Origin: Azolla caroliniana
Lineage: Eukaryota > Plantae > Polypodiophyta
NCBI GenBank assembly: GCA_043228905.1
Contig: JBHGNT010000006.1
Location: 5,084,001 to 5,148,000, forward strand
Reading direction: 5' to 3'
DNA length: 64,000 bases
Positions 12,075 to 24,292 of this stretch are shown piece by piece; position 1 is the stretch's first letter, and each line of letters begins with the position of its first letter. The notes beneath the pieces are model-generated. The model did no database searches and was not told the origin of the DNA. It saw only the letters and a list, made by a program, of their open reading frames with translations. The position numbers and the translations under genes are program-made.

Positions 12075-15000
12075 GAAGAGGTCGTTGCCTCTGTGTATTA
12101 CCGCCGCCTGTGGCGAAGACAGTGAGCTCAAGGTTGTTGCCTTGTAGCTTCACCATTGTACATCTCTGTTTATAGTGATAGTTGGAGTTTGAGGACTCCC
12201 GTGGTTTTTCCCATTTAGGGTTTTCCACGTAAAACATCCTGTGTACTCTTCTCTCTATTGTCTTCGTGCATTTTGTATTTCCTGTTTTCTGCGAGTTGAT
12301 CCTATTCCTCGGTTGTGGCCGAGCACTGTGTTTAACAAAGTGGTATCAGAGCAACGGTAACACAGAAAATGGAAGGCGGCGGTAGTGGGCCCCCGGGCAT
12401 GATGGTGTTGAACTCACAGAACTACGCCGACTGGAAGATAAAGATGGAAGACCTTCTCATCGTCCGAGACATGTACGAACCGATCGACAATGCCGAGATA
12501 CCCAAGGGAGTAATAGAGTTGGAGTGGAAGCTCCTGAACCGGAAAGCCGTAGCGACGATCCGGCAATATGTCGATGTAAGTGTTCTGCAACATGTGGCGA
12601 ACGATACAAACGCCTATGAGATGTGGCAGAAGCTGTCCGGACTGTATGAGAGGAAGAATGCTCTGACCTGGACCTCCCTGATGAGGAAGATAGTGAATCT
12701 TAAGTACCGGGACGGCGAGAGCATGGTCGAACACGTCAGCACGTTCATGGGATTCGTGAACCAGCTTGCGGCGATCAAGTTCCCGTTGGATGACGCAATG
12801 CAAGCCATCATGCTGATGTGTACCCTTCCGGAGAGCTGGGAGAACTTGGTAGTTACTCTCAGCACCTCCTGTAAGGAAGAGAACTTGTCTTTACTAACGG
12901 TAAAGACAAGTATTCTAAATGAAGAAGCGCGTCGGAGAGATAAAGAACCGGCCTCCGACTCGAAGGCGCTGCTTACCGAATCGGAATGGGGAAGACAACG
13001 GAACCGGAGTCCGCAAAGACGGGAGAAGTCGGGGACACGGTCGCAGTCGAGGGGAAGACCTACATGCTTCTACTGTGGGAAGCCGGGGCACTTCCAGAAG
13101 AACTGTCGGCATTTCCGGAAAGACAACGGAACCGACGGTACCGATTCGAAGAAGTCACCGGAGCGAAACGGTGCATACCGGGGAGCCACGGACCGGAGAG
13201 GTCCGGATCGGCGAGGGCAGGACCGGAAAGGAACGACGGCACTCGCGGCAAGTGAAGAAGAGATAATGCTCATTACCGAAGAGAGGGAGCTGAACCTTGC
13301 CGGTGAAGAGATGACCTGGGTGGTCGATTCCGGAGCGTCGTTCCACCTGACCCCGGAGAAGAAATACTTCTCATCCTACATAGCCGGTGAGCACGGCTGT
13401 GTCTGGATGGGAAATGAAGGTACATGCCGGATTGCCGGCATAGGAGACGTGTGGCTGATGACATCAACCGGATGCAAGATGCTGCTGAGGGATGTCCGAC
13501 ACGTTCCGGAGGTTCGATTGAACTTGATTTCGGCCGGGAGGCTAGACGATGAAGGCTACACGGGTAGCATCCGGAACGGTGTCATGAAGTTCAGCAAAGG
13601 GAGCCTGATAGTGGCTCGGGCCCGGAAGGTCAACACACTGTACCTGATGAATTCCCGGCTATGTCCGGAGGAGCTGAACGTGGCAGCTGACACTGCCGGT
13701 GAGCTGTGGCACAAGAGACTGTGCCACATGAGCGAGAAGGGGATGAAGAGGCTTACCGAAGACAACCTGATACCGGTAAAGCACGTACACTTGGGGAAGT
13801 GTACCGACTGTCTGGCCGGTAAGCAAAACCGGACCTCCTTCCGCTCAAGACCACCGATGAGACGTAGTGTACCATTGGAGTTGGTACACACTGATGTGTG
13901 TCAGGTAGAAACGAAGTCACATGGCGGAGCCCAGTACTTCGTAACATTCATAGATGACCATAGCCGGAAGCTGTGGACGGCACCGTTGAAGACAAAGGAC
14001 TAAGTATTGTCCGTCTTCAAAGAACTCCACGCGAGAGTGGAAAGAGAATCCGGCAAGAAGCTGAAAGCACTACGAGCGGATAACAGAGGAGAATACCGGG
14101 GGCAGTTCGCGGAGTACTGTCGCTCGAAGGGAATCCGGCTCGAGTTTACTGTGCCGAAGACGCCGGAACTGAACGGGCTGGCCGAGAGGATGAACCGGAC
14201 CATAATGGAGAGGGTCCGGAGTATGCTGGCGCATGCGAAATTACCAAAGGGGTTTTGGGCTGAGGCAATGTCGACGGCGACACACGTGATAAACAGATCA
14301 CCCTCAGTACCTTTGGACGGAGACACGCCGCAGAGAGTGTGGACCGGTAGAGAAGTATCCTACCGGCATCTGAAGGTGTTCGGGTGTCTCGCATACGTGG
14401 ATGTGGCAAAGGACCGGAGAGAAAAGTTAGATCCAAAGACCCGGCCATGCATATTCCTCGGTTACGGCGACGACGAGTTCGGCTACCGAGTATGGGACCC
14501 GGTCGACAAGAAGATATTCAGGAGTCGAGATATCATCTTCATGGAGGACAAGACACTCGCCGACTGGGAGTCGGAGAAGAAGATGAAGAGCTCCAAGTCG
14601 ACCGGTGAGGATCAACTCTACGAGGAGCAGTCCCGACCGGCAAGGGACCGGTTAGCACTCGTGGATCCGGCCGAAGACGGTGAAGAAACAGAACCGGCCG
14701 AGGAAGATGAAACCGATACCGGAACTGGCCCCGATCCCGAAATGGATTCGGATGAAGAGGAAACGGAGGAGCCGGTTACCGAAGCTCCGGAACGGAGATA
14801 TCCTCTAAGAGAGAGAAGGCCCCCCCGGAGATTCCCGGAACCAGAGCACGTGCTGCTAACCGACGAGGGGGAGCCGGAGAGTTTTGAAGAAGCAAAGCTT
14901 GACACCCATAGCCGCAAGTGGTTAAGTGCCATGCAGGAGGAGATGGGTTCCCTGCATGAGAACCACACATATGAACTTGTGGAGTTGCCGAAAGGAAAGC

Positions 15001-16859
15001 GGGCACTTCGAAACAAGTGGGTGTTCAAGCTGAAACCGGGAGATGCCGGAAACCCCCCGAGATACAAAGCCAGGATCGTGGTGAAGGGGTTCCAGCAGAA
15101 GAAGGGCGTCGACTTCGACGAGATATTTGCCCCGGTAGTGAAGATGACCTCCATCCGGACGGTGCTGAGCATAGCGGCAAGCATGGACCTCGAGGTAGAA
15201 CAGATGGACGTGAAGACGGCATTCCTTCACGGTGACCTCGAAGAAGAGATCTACATGCAGCAACCGGAAGGATTCGAGAAGAAAGGGAAGGAGCACCTGG
15301 TATGGCGGTTGAAGAAGAGCCTTTACGGACTGAAGTAGGCTCCTCGGCAGTGGTACCGGAAGTTCGACTCCTTCATGACCGACGAAGGGTACCACAAAAC
15401 GCAGTCCGATCACTGCGTGTTTGTGAAGAAGTTCGAAGGAGGAGACTTTCTAATACTCCTCCTATACGTGGACGACATGTTGATCGTCGGACGGGACCAG
15501 GTCAAGATACGGATGCTGAAGAAAGCGCTTCACCGAACCTTCTCAATGAAGGACCTGGGTCCGGCGAGGCAAATACTAGGGATGCACATCATCCGGGACC
15601 GGAAGAAGAAGCAATTGTGGCTGTCACAGGAGAAGTACGTGACAAAGGTGCTTCACCGGTTCAACATGTCGGAAGCAAGACCGGTCGGGTCAACCCTCCC
15701 GGCAAACTACAAGTTGTCCAGCAAGCAAAGCCCCAAGACAAAGGCTGAGAAGGAGGACATGATGAAAGTACCATATGCCTCTGCCGTCGGAAGCTTGATG
15801 TACGCAATGGTGTGTACAAGACCGGACATAGGATATGCAGTCGGAGTGGTGAGCCGGTACATGAGCAATCCCGGCAAAGATCACTGGAACGCGGTCAAGT
15901 GGATACTCTGATACCTGAAGGGCACGGCAAACGTGTGCCTCCGATTTGGCTCCGGTAAGCCCGAACTCGATGGCTTTACAGATTCGGATATGTCGGCTGA
16001 TGCAGATACCAGCCGGTCCACATCAGGGTATGTGATGACGTATGCAGGGGGAGCTGTTTCGTGGCAGTCGAGGCTGCAGAAGACGGTTGCGTTGTCAACC
16101 ACGGAGGCGGAGTACATGGCGGCTGTTGAAGCCGGCAAGGAAATAATATGGATGAAGGACTTCATTAAAGAGCTCGGTATCCGGCAGGAGGAGTACCGAC
16201 TCTACTGCGACAGTCAGAGTGCCATCCACCTTGCGAAGAACGCGGCCTATCACTCCCGGACGAAGCACATCCAGCGAAGATATCACTGGATCTGGGAAAG
16301 GATAGAAGACCAGGAGTTCGTGCTAACGAAGATCCACACGGACGAGAACGGGTCAGATATGCTGACCAAAGTGCTCACACCCGACAAGCTGGAAGCGTGC
16401 CGGAAGAGGGTCGGACTGGAAAGACATCCCATGCCGAAGTGAAGGGGGAGTTTGTTGGGATTTCGGTCCCTCCGGATGGGATGTTCGGAGATGAATGACG
16501 GCAAGCCCGGTTGCGGTTACGGAACCGGAGGTTGAAGAGTACCCGCCATGAAGCCGGATGAAGAGTACCCCGGCTACGGAGCCGGATGATGAAGACCCCG
16601 GCTACGGAGCCGGATGATGAAGACCCCGGCTACGGAGCCGGATGATGAAGACCCCGGTTACGGAGCCGGATGACGAATGTACCCGGAGAGAGATCCGGAT
16701 GCGGGGACATATTTGTGAATATGTTTGCCAAGGGCCCTTGAGGCTATATTTGTAAATAGCCCCAAAGTCATATGTGTATAAATATGACTTAGGGCAAACA
16801 GTTTACAAGCTGTTACTCATTTTTCTGGTTTTCCACTTAGAGGGAGCTAAGTGTGCAGC

Positions 16860-16891
<32 letters not shown>

Positions 16892-17154
16892 GAAGAGGTC
16901 GTTGCCTCTGTGTATTACCGCCGCCTGCGGCGAAGACAGTGAGCTCAAGGTTGTTGCCTTGTAGCTTCACCATTGTACATCTCTGTTTATAGTGATAGTT
17001 GGAGTTTGAGGACTCCCGTGGTTTTTCCCATTTAGGGTTTTCCACGTAAAACATCCTGTGTACTCTTCTCTCTATTGTCTTCGTGCATTTTGTATTTCCT
17101 GTTTTCTGCGAGTTGATCCTATTCCTCGGTTGTGGCCGAGCACTGTGTTTAACA
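11665..17154 (+). mobile_element. Ty1/copia LTR retrotransposon (Copia-1), full length, no matching TSD
   Basis: LTRs at 11665-12337 and 16453-17154 (TGTTGGG...TTTAACA). PBS TGGTATCAGAGC (tRNA-iMet) at 12341-12352. PPT GAAGGGGGAG at 16441-16450. Flanks ATCCT and GATCG differ. Confidence 0.97.
12369..16442 (+). pseudogene. Copia-1 gag-pol polyprotein (gag, CCHC, PR, IN, RT, RH) with three in-frame stops
   Basis: One reading frame with CFYCGKPGHFQKNC, VVDSGAS, WHKRLCH, YKARIV, YVDDML and TKHI. Stops at 14001 (TAA), 15336 (TAG) and 15909 (TGA). Confidence 0.95.
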
Positions 17155-17720
17155 GATCGAGTCTTCCAAAATCGCGGAATTCACACTATCCTTCGATGGA
17201 CCGGTCGCTCACTGGTATTCTCGTCTCGACCCGGGGGAGTTCGCAACGTTCCAAGACGTTTGCACTCAATTCCTTGAGGTTTTTCATCGTGAAGTGCCGA
17301 AGCGAGAACTGCTATGGCAGTTTTTTACCATTAGCCAAGAATCCCAGGAGACAGTCACCCAGTTCACGATCCGGTTTCAGGATCTTTATCGCCAACTCGC
17401 CCAGGATGTCTCCGCACACCACATCCCGGATACCTTCCTCGTCGGCTTACGGGAGCCTCTGCGGACAACCCTCACACTAATCGACTTCTCCCAACAGACA
17501 ATTGAGCAGGTAATCGCACGTGTCCTCGCAATCGATCAGACACAACACAATACAACTTTTTCCACACTACAAAGCACTCTCCCTCCACAAGAGGACCACC
17601 GCTTCTGACAGGCTCTCCAATGCACGGCCTGCTCGGGCTCTGGCCATTTAGCCATTGAGTGCCCTCACTGCCCAATCTGCCATTCCCGGTTACATACGGT
17701 CATACAATGTGAATACAATA
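17155..17720 (+). mobile_element. Ty3/gypsy-type gag fragment with zinc knuckles
   Basis: ISQESQETVTQFTIRFQDLYRQL...FLVGLREPLR is a retrotransposon gag motif. After a stop come CTACSGSGHLAIEC and CPICHSRLHTVIQC. Confidence 0.7.
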
Positions 17721-18193
17721 ATAAATTTGATAATTTTAAGACTGGCATTAAAAAGATGAGTAATAATCTTTTAATAATAAATATAATTTTTAAAAATAAA
17801 TAAATAAATAAATAAACAAATGGCTCTGTAATATTCTTGGGGTCATTTTGTATTCTCGAATATTATGGATGGCGAATGCGACGAATATCACACATGGGTC
17901 AATCTATGGTTATAGCAATATCGAGGCTCTATTGGAATATATTTCTCTCTTCCTGTATAGGATTATAGAGAAGATTTATATACATGATAACATAATTGTG
18001 GAATATTTGGCATACAATACAAGTAAAATATGTATGCTATGTATTCTAAAAGTATTCAACCCTTTTTAAGTGCTTAGAATATGTATTCGATTCTCTAGAT
18101 AAAATATGTTAAATACATGGAATATATGAACATTTTAAAATGATAGGTTTAAAACATAGAATACGTGTAGAATACTTCAAAGTATTATAGATA

Positions 18194-18337
18194 GGAAATT
18201 GGTAAATTCACAGTTTTTTTTTGTATTTTCACAGTTTTTTGGGGGGGATGGAATGTGGCTATCATTTGTAATCATATTTCTGAACTCAAAAAAAAAATTG
18301 TGAAAATATAGAAAAAACTGTGAATTTACCAATTCCC
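18194..18337. mobile_element. MITE-like element with ~45-bp terminal inverted repeats
   Basis: GGAAATTGGTAAATTCACAGTTTTTT...TTTTCACA is mirrored by TGTGAAAA...AAAAAACTGTGAATTTACCAATTCCC. TA lies on both sides (18192-93 and 18338-39). Confidence 0.7.
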
Positions 18338-19499
18338 TATAAATATAGAATATATGTTTTTTTAACAACTGTGCAGGGGGAAACAAATTAGAACATAGGA
18401 ATCTCTTCCTATCTAGGATTCTATAAAATTGTTTTATATTTAAGGAAAAAAGGAAAACAACGATGAGCTAGCTTGTCATTTAGAAAACTTCTCTCCCAAC
18501 TTATTCTATACTAACAAAACAACCCATGCATGGAACATGCACTAGTTGATCCTTTGCTTAAATGAACTATTGAGATCCAAGAGCATTTACCTTTTTAATT
18601 TCTAGATTCCCCTATTCCCATTGGTCAAAATAAGTATGCAAACAAAGTGGTTGTTAACAAATTTAATAAACTTGGACATTGGTCAGAGTAAGAGTAATAG
18701 GCATGGTGGCTACAAAACAGGCAAAGGAAGAAGGGAGAGAGTAATGGGAATTGGGATAATGTGAGAAGGCCAATGAATTGTAAATGTTATGAAAAACACT
18801 TTTATAATTCTTTTAAGCGTTTTCTTCGTTTTTAGAGAATATTAGTTAGTGCTTAAACCCTCTCCTTAGTGATGATCCTAAGTGTAATATTCTTATAAAC
18901 TATAAGGCTGAAAACTGAAGCTTCCATCTTAAGTGTTTGGGTCGATTGCAACTTGTTGGATAAGACTCCTTAATACGTTATTTGTGCTTTTTCTCTTCTC
19001 TTTTTCACGGCTTTTCTATATGGTTAACATTGAGTGATTAAGTTAGGTTAAGCTTCTTATTCCTTCTTAGTGTTTGTTTGTAGGCTTAGAAGTGAATTGA
19101 TATCCCATCCTTGTCTTCTTTCCAACAATAGAGTAGACATTGTCTCGACTCCCCGCCACCATAGATCTTGCTTCTAGGATAGTTAAGCTAATTGTAACAT
19201 GTGACACAGATATAAACTTCTGTGCATTAACCCACATGTTGTGACGAGAACAACATTGTGGTCTATGATATGGGCCCATGGTGAGGAACGAACTTGGGTT
19301 CTCTCAATTTTATGAATTTAATGGGGAGAATAGAATAGATATTTCATCATCCATGACAAGGCCACTTTTGAAATATGGAGATATCATCTTGTTTGTTACT
19401 CCTTACTAAGAAGGGGGGTTACTAATCTATAGTCAAAGCTCTCCATTTGAAAATAATGCAAGCACACATGTGGTCACCCTTCTCTATAGAAATTTGAAT

Positions 19500-20008
19500 A
19501 TGATACTCACATTACCATGCCCATTTAACAAGTCATCATATTTCTCACAAATTACCTTATGCATTGGACATGCAATAAGTGATATTTATCATGTACTAAG
19601 TTTGCATTGCATAGCTTCATGTTTTCGTGATGATGCCGTGAGTTTGAAGAAGTGTTAAGGCTTTTTGAGAGCCAAAACTCATGGGGATAGTGAGATGCGA
19701 TTGGATATGTTATGGAAGTTTTATCTTGTATTGGGCAAATGTAGAATGTGACAATTAAAGAGAGTTAAATTGTAGAGGACCCCTTCAAGCAAAGATCTTT
19801 AGTTGGGCGATTTGGAAGGTTCGATGTCCATAAGTTTCGACAATGTCCCTCCCGATGTTTCTATTATAATTGTTGAATTCTGGTTGTTGTTCAATCATAC
19901 ACTACGTGGTCAATATAAAAGTTTTACACACAATTTTGATGTTATCTTCGGGAATCAAAAGCATTTTAAAAGGTTATGGGATTCAATGCTTAGTTTTAGG
20001 GAAGAGTT
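19500..20008 (+). mobile_element. LINE ORF2 3' remnant, interrupted by Copia-2 and probably continuing at 32495-32560
   Basis: WAIWKVRC and VEFWLLFNHTLRGQY...HFKRLW parallel WIIWKARC and HTLHGQY...FKKQW of the LINE at 1023-1300. The left boundary is approximate. Confidence 0.6.
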
Positions 20009-23000
20009 TGTTGGGAGACAGGTCCCTCCGGATGGGAAGGGAGAAGAATAGTGCCGATGAACAAACTTGGCCGAGGCCGATAGGCCGAGGCCGAAACCGT
20101 ATGAGGAGGACCCGGCTACGGAGAGCCGGATGGTGCAGGCCCGGTATGAACCGGATGAGGAGTACTCGGCTACGGAGAGCCGGATGGTGCAGGCCCGGTA
20201 TGAACCGGATGAGGAGTACCCGGCTACGGAGAGCCGGATGGTGCAGGCCCGGTATGAACCGGATGAGGAGTACCCGGCTACGGAGAGCCGGATGAGGAAT
20301 ACCCGACTACAGAGAGCCGGATGGTACAGACCCGGTGAGAACCGGATGAAGAGACATATTCGTAAATATGTTTCTGAGAGCCCATCGCGGCTATATTTGT
20401 AAATAGCTGAAAAGTCATATTAGTATAAATATGACTTAGGGCAAACTTTTAGTTGTAGTTGTAGTTGTTGTCATTTTTCTTGTTGGTGCAAGAAGAAGAG
20501 AGAGTACGTAACGTTGTACAAAGAGAGAGAGAGAAAGAGGTCGCTGCCTCTGTTGTAACCGCCGCCTGTGGCGAAGATTGTGAGTCCGAGGTCGTTGCCT
20601 CCGTGAACTCACTGTTTTGTACATTCTTACATAGTGACAGTTTGCAGCCTGTGGGCTGCCGTGGTTTTTTCCCCTAGTTTGGGGTTTTCCACGTAAACCT
20701 CCTGTGTATTTTTTTTTGTGTCGCGTCTTATTTCCCATTTTCTGTGTATCATTCTAAGCTTGGTTGTGGCTGAGCGTTGCGCATAAGGAACGACCAGTTC
20801 CTGTCAAGTGGTATTAGAGCAAGACGACACAGAAAATGGATGAATCATTTGGCGGCATGTTCAAGCTCACCGGCTCCAACTACTCAGTGTGGAAGTCGAA
20901 GATGAGGGACATGCTCGTGGTTAAAGACCTCTGGCTGCCGGTTCAGTTTGGGGACAAGAGACCTGACAAAATCGACGCCGCGATATGGGAGGTGATGCAC
21001 ATGAAGACAACGACGTACATACGGTGCTTCATCGACATGAGCCTGTACAACAACTTCAATGAAGAGAGCAAGGCTCATGAGCTCTGGGAGAAGATCGGCA
21101 TAATGTTTCAAAACAAAAATGCTGTTAACCAGGTTTCGGTATTCCGGAAGCTAGTAAGACTCCGGTACCAAGATGGCTCCAGCATGGCAGAGCATATGAA
21201 TGCCTTCCAGGGGCTGATACACCAGGCAACGTCATTGGAAGTACCTCTTGCCGATGAGGTACTAGCGCTACTCCTGCTCGGTTCCCTCCCGGATAGCTGG
21301 GAGACGTTGGTTGTCACTTTGGGCAACGCCGTACCGGAAGGAAAACGGTTATCCCTAGCAAGAGTAAAGTCGAGCTTGCTAGATGAGGCGGCGCGTCGGA
21401 AGGATAAAGATACGAGCTCCGACTCCAAAGCGCTCCTTACCGAATCAGAACGCGGAAGACATAGAAACCGTAGTCCCCAGAACCGGGAGAAGTCGGGGAC
21501 ACGGTCAAAGTCAAGGGGGAGGCCCACTTGCTTCTATTGCGGCAAGCCGGGTCACTTCCAAAAGAACTGTCGGCATTTCCGTAAAGACAAGGAAACCGAC
21601 GGTACCGATTCGAAGCAAACCCCGGACCGGAACGGTAAAGACCGGAGGGGGCCGGACCGGAAGGGAACGACGGCAATCGTGGCAAGTGAAGAAGAGTTGA
21701 TGCTCATCACCGAGGAGTGTGAGATAAACCTTGCCGGCGACGAGATGACTTGGGTGGTAAACTCCGGAGCATCGTTCCACCTTACCCCGGACCGGAAATG
21801 CTTCTCATCCTATTCAGCCGATGATCACGGCTGTGTCCGGATGGGGAATGAAGGAACATGCCGAATTGTCGGCATAGAAGACGTGTGGCTGACAACACCA
21901 ACCGGATGCAAGTTGCTGGTGAAGGATGTCCGTCACGTTCCGGAGGTTCGTCTGAACCTGATATCAGCCGGTCGACTACATGATGAGGGCTACACGGGTA
22001 GCATCCGGAACGACATCATGAAGTTCAGTAAAGGGAGCCTGATTGTGGCTCGGGCCCGGAAGGTAAACACACTGTACCTGATGAATGCCCGGTTATGCTT
22101 GGAAGAACTGAACCTGGCATCTGACACTGCCGGTGAGCTGTGGCACAAGAGGTTGTGTCATATGAGCGAGAAGGGGATGAAGAGGCTTGCAGACGACAAC
22201 CTCATTCCAGTGAAGAACATGCACTTAGAGAAGTGCACTGATTGTCTGGCCGGTAAGCAGAACCGGACCTCCTTCCGACCAAGGCCACCGATGAGACGTA
22301 ATGCACCACTGGAGTTGGTGCATACGGATGTGTGTCAGGTAGACACGAAGTCACATGCCGGAGCGCAGTACTTCGTGACGTTCATAGATGACCACAGCCG
22401 GAAGCTGTGGGCCACACCGTTGAAGACGAAGGATTAGGTGTTATCCGTCTTCAAAGAGCTCCACGCGAGAGTGGAAAGAGAAACCGGTCGGAAGCTGAAG
22501 GCGGTTCGAGCAAATAACGGAGGAGAATACCGGGGGTAGTTCGAGGAGTACTGCCGCTCGAAGGGAATCCGACTCGAATTTACCGTGCCGAAGACGTCGG
22601 AACTAAACGGACTGGCCGAGAGGATGAACCAGACCATAATGGAGAGGGTCTGGAGTATGCTAGCGCATGCAAAACTACCCAAGAAGTTTTGGGTTGAGGC
22701 ATTGTCGACGGCGACATACGTGATAAACAGATCACCCTCAGTACCCTTGGACGGAGACACGCCACAGAGAGTTTGGACCAGTAAGGAAGTATCCTACCGG
22801 CATCTGAAGGTGTTCGGGTGTCTCGCGTACGTGCATGTAGCTAAGGACCGGAGAGGAAAGCTAGATCCAAAGACCCGGCCATGCATATTCCTCGGTTACG
22901 GTGACGATGAGTTCGGCTACCGAGTGTGGGACCTGGTCGATAAGAAGGTATTCCGGAGTCGAGATATTATCTTCATGGAGAACAAGACGCTCGCCGACTG

Positions 23001-24292
23001 GGAGTCGGAAGAGAAGATAATGAACTCCGAGTCGACCGGTAAGGATCGACTCTATGATGAGCAGTCCCAACCGGCAAGAGACCGGTTAGCACTCGAGGGA
23101 CCAGACGGTTACGGTGAGGATACCGAACGGGCTGAAGAAGAAGTAGAGGAAGCAGAAACCGGAACCAGCCAAGACCCCGAATCAGATTCGGATGAAGAGC
23201 AGAGTGGTGAGCCGGTCACCGAAGCCCAGAGACGGAGATATCCTCTCAGAGAGAGAAGGGCCCCCCGGAGATTTCCGGATGCAGAGCATGTTCTGCTGAC
23301 CGATGAAGGGGAACCGGAAAGCTTCGAAGAAGCGAAGGAAGACACCCACAGCCGAAAATGGTTAAGTGCCATGCAGGATGAGATGGATTCCCTGCATGAG
23401 AACATACGTACGAATTGGTGGAGTTGCCGAAAGGAAAGCAGGCACTCCGAAACAAGTGGGTGTACAAGTTGAAACCGGGAGATACCGGAAACCCCCCGAG
23501 ATACAAAGCCAAGATCGTGGTGAAGGGGTTCCTGCAGAAGAAGGGCGTGGACATCAACGAGATATTTGCCCCGGTAGTAAAGATGACCTCCATCCGGACG
23601 GTGCTGAGTATAGCAGCAAGCATGGACCTCGAGGTAGAGCAGCTGGACGTTGTCGAGGTATTCCTCGCGGATGCGTGGAATGAGGCGGGACCTCGGGGGT
23701 CCTGTACCGAAGAGCAAGAGAGGAAGGAGAAGAGACCCACTACGTGCGAGCGTAGATCCACAGGGACACGGCCCTTCGACGCAAAGACGCAAGTGGGAGA
23801 GCGACACAGAAAGACACGAATGTATGTATGTATTAACAAAGACGAACAACAAGAACACGAATAAAACAAAACACGAAGTCGGTTACAACCGAACATGCCG
23901 ACGAACCGATGCTGATGCCTGTTCATAAATGCACAGAAAGAGAAGAGTAGGTTGGAGGTGCTGCCGGAAACACTCGGGCATTCCTCAGAGCAGCGCGAGC
24001 CTCCCGAAACCTGCACATAAAGCAACCACGGAGTTTGCGAGCCAAAGAGAGAGAGGGAAGCCTTCGCCCACAAACCGACAGCACTTCGTCCTCGACTCTC
24101 CGCGATCCTTCGCCCCTCCTCGTCTCCCTCCTTTTATAGGCAAGGAAGGAGCCGTTTCCCATTTACTCCCTACCTACCGAGGATCTTCTATGTACAACGT
24201 TCAAGAAGAGCCGGTTCCTACGCTCCCACCTAACCACGACATCCGCCGGCATGCGCCAAATTGAGTTGGGACGGAGAAAATTGGTCCAGCCT

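Noticed and set aside
19870-20402. Repetitive peptides (EPDEEYPATESRMVQARY)n
   Set aside because: These are translations of the 60-bp U3 repeats in the Copia-2 LTR.
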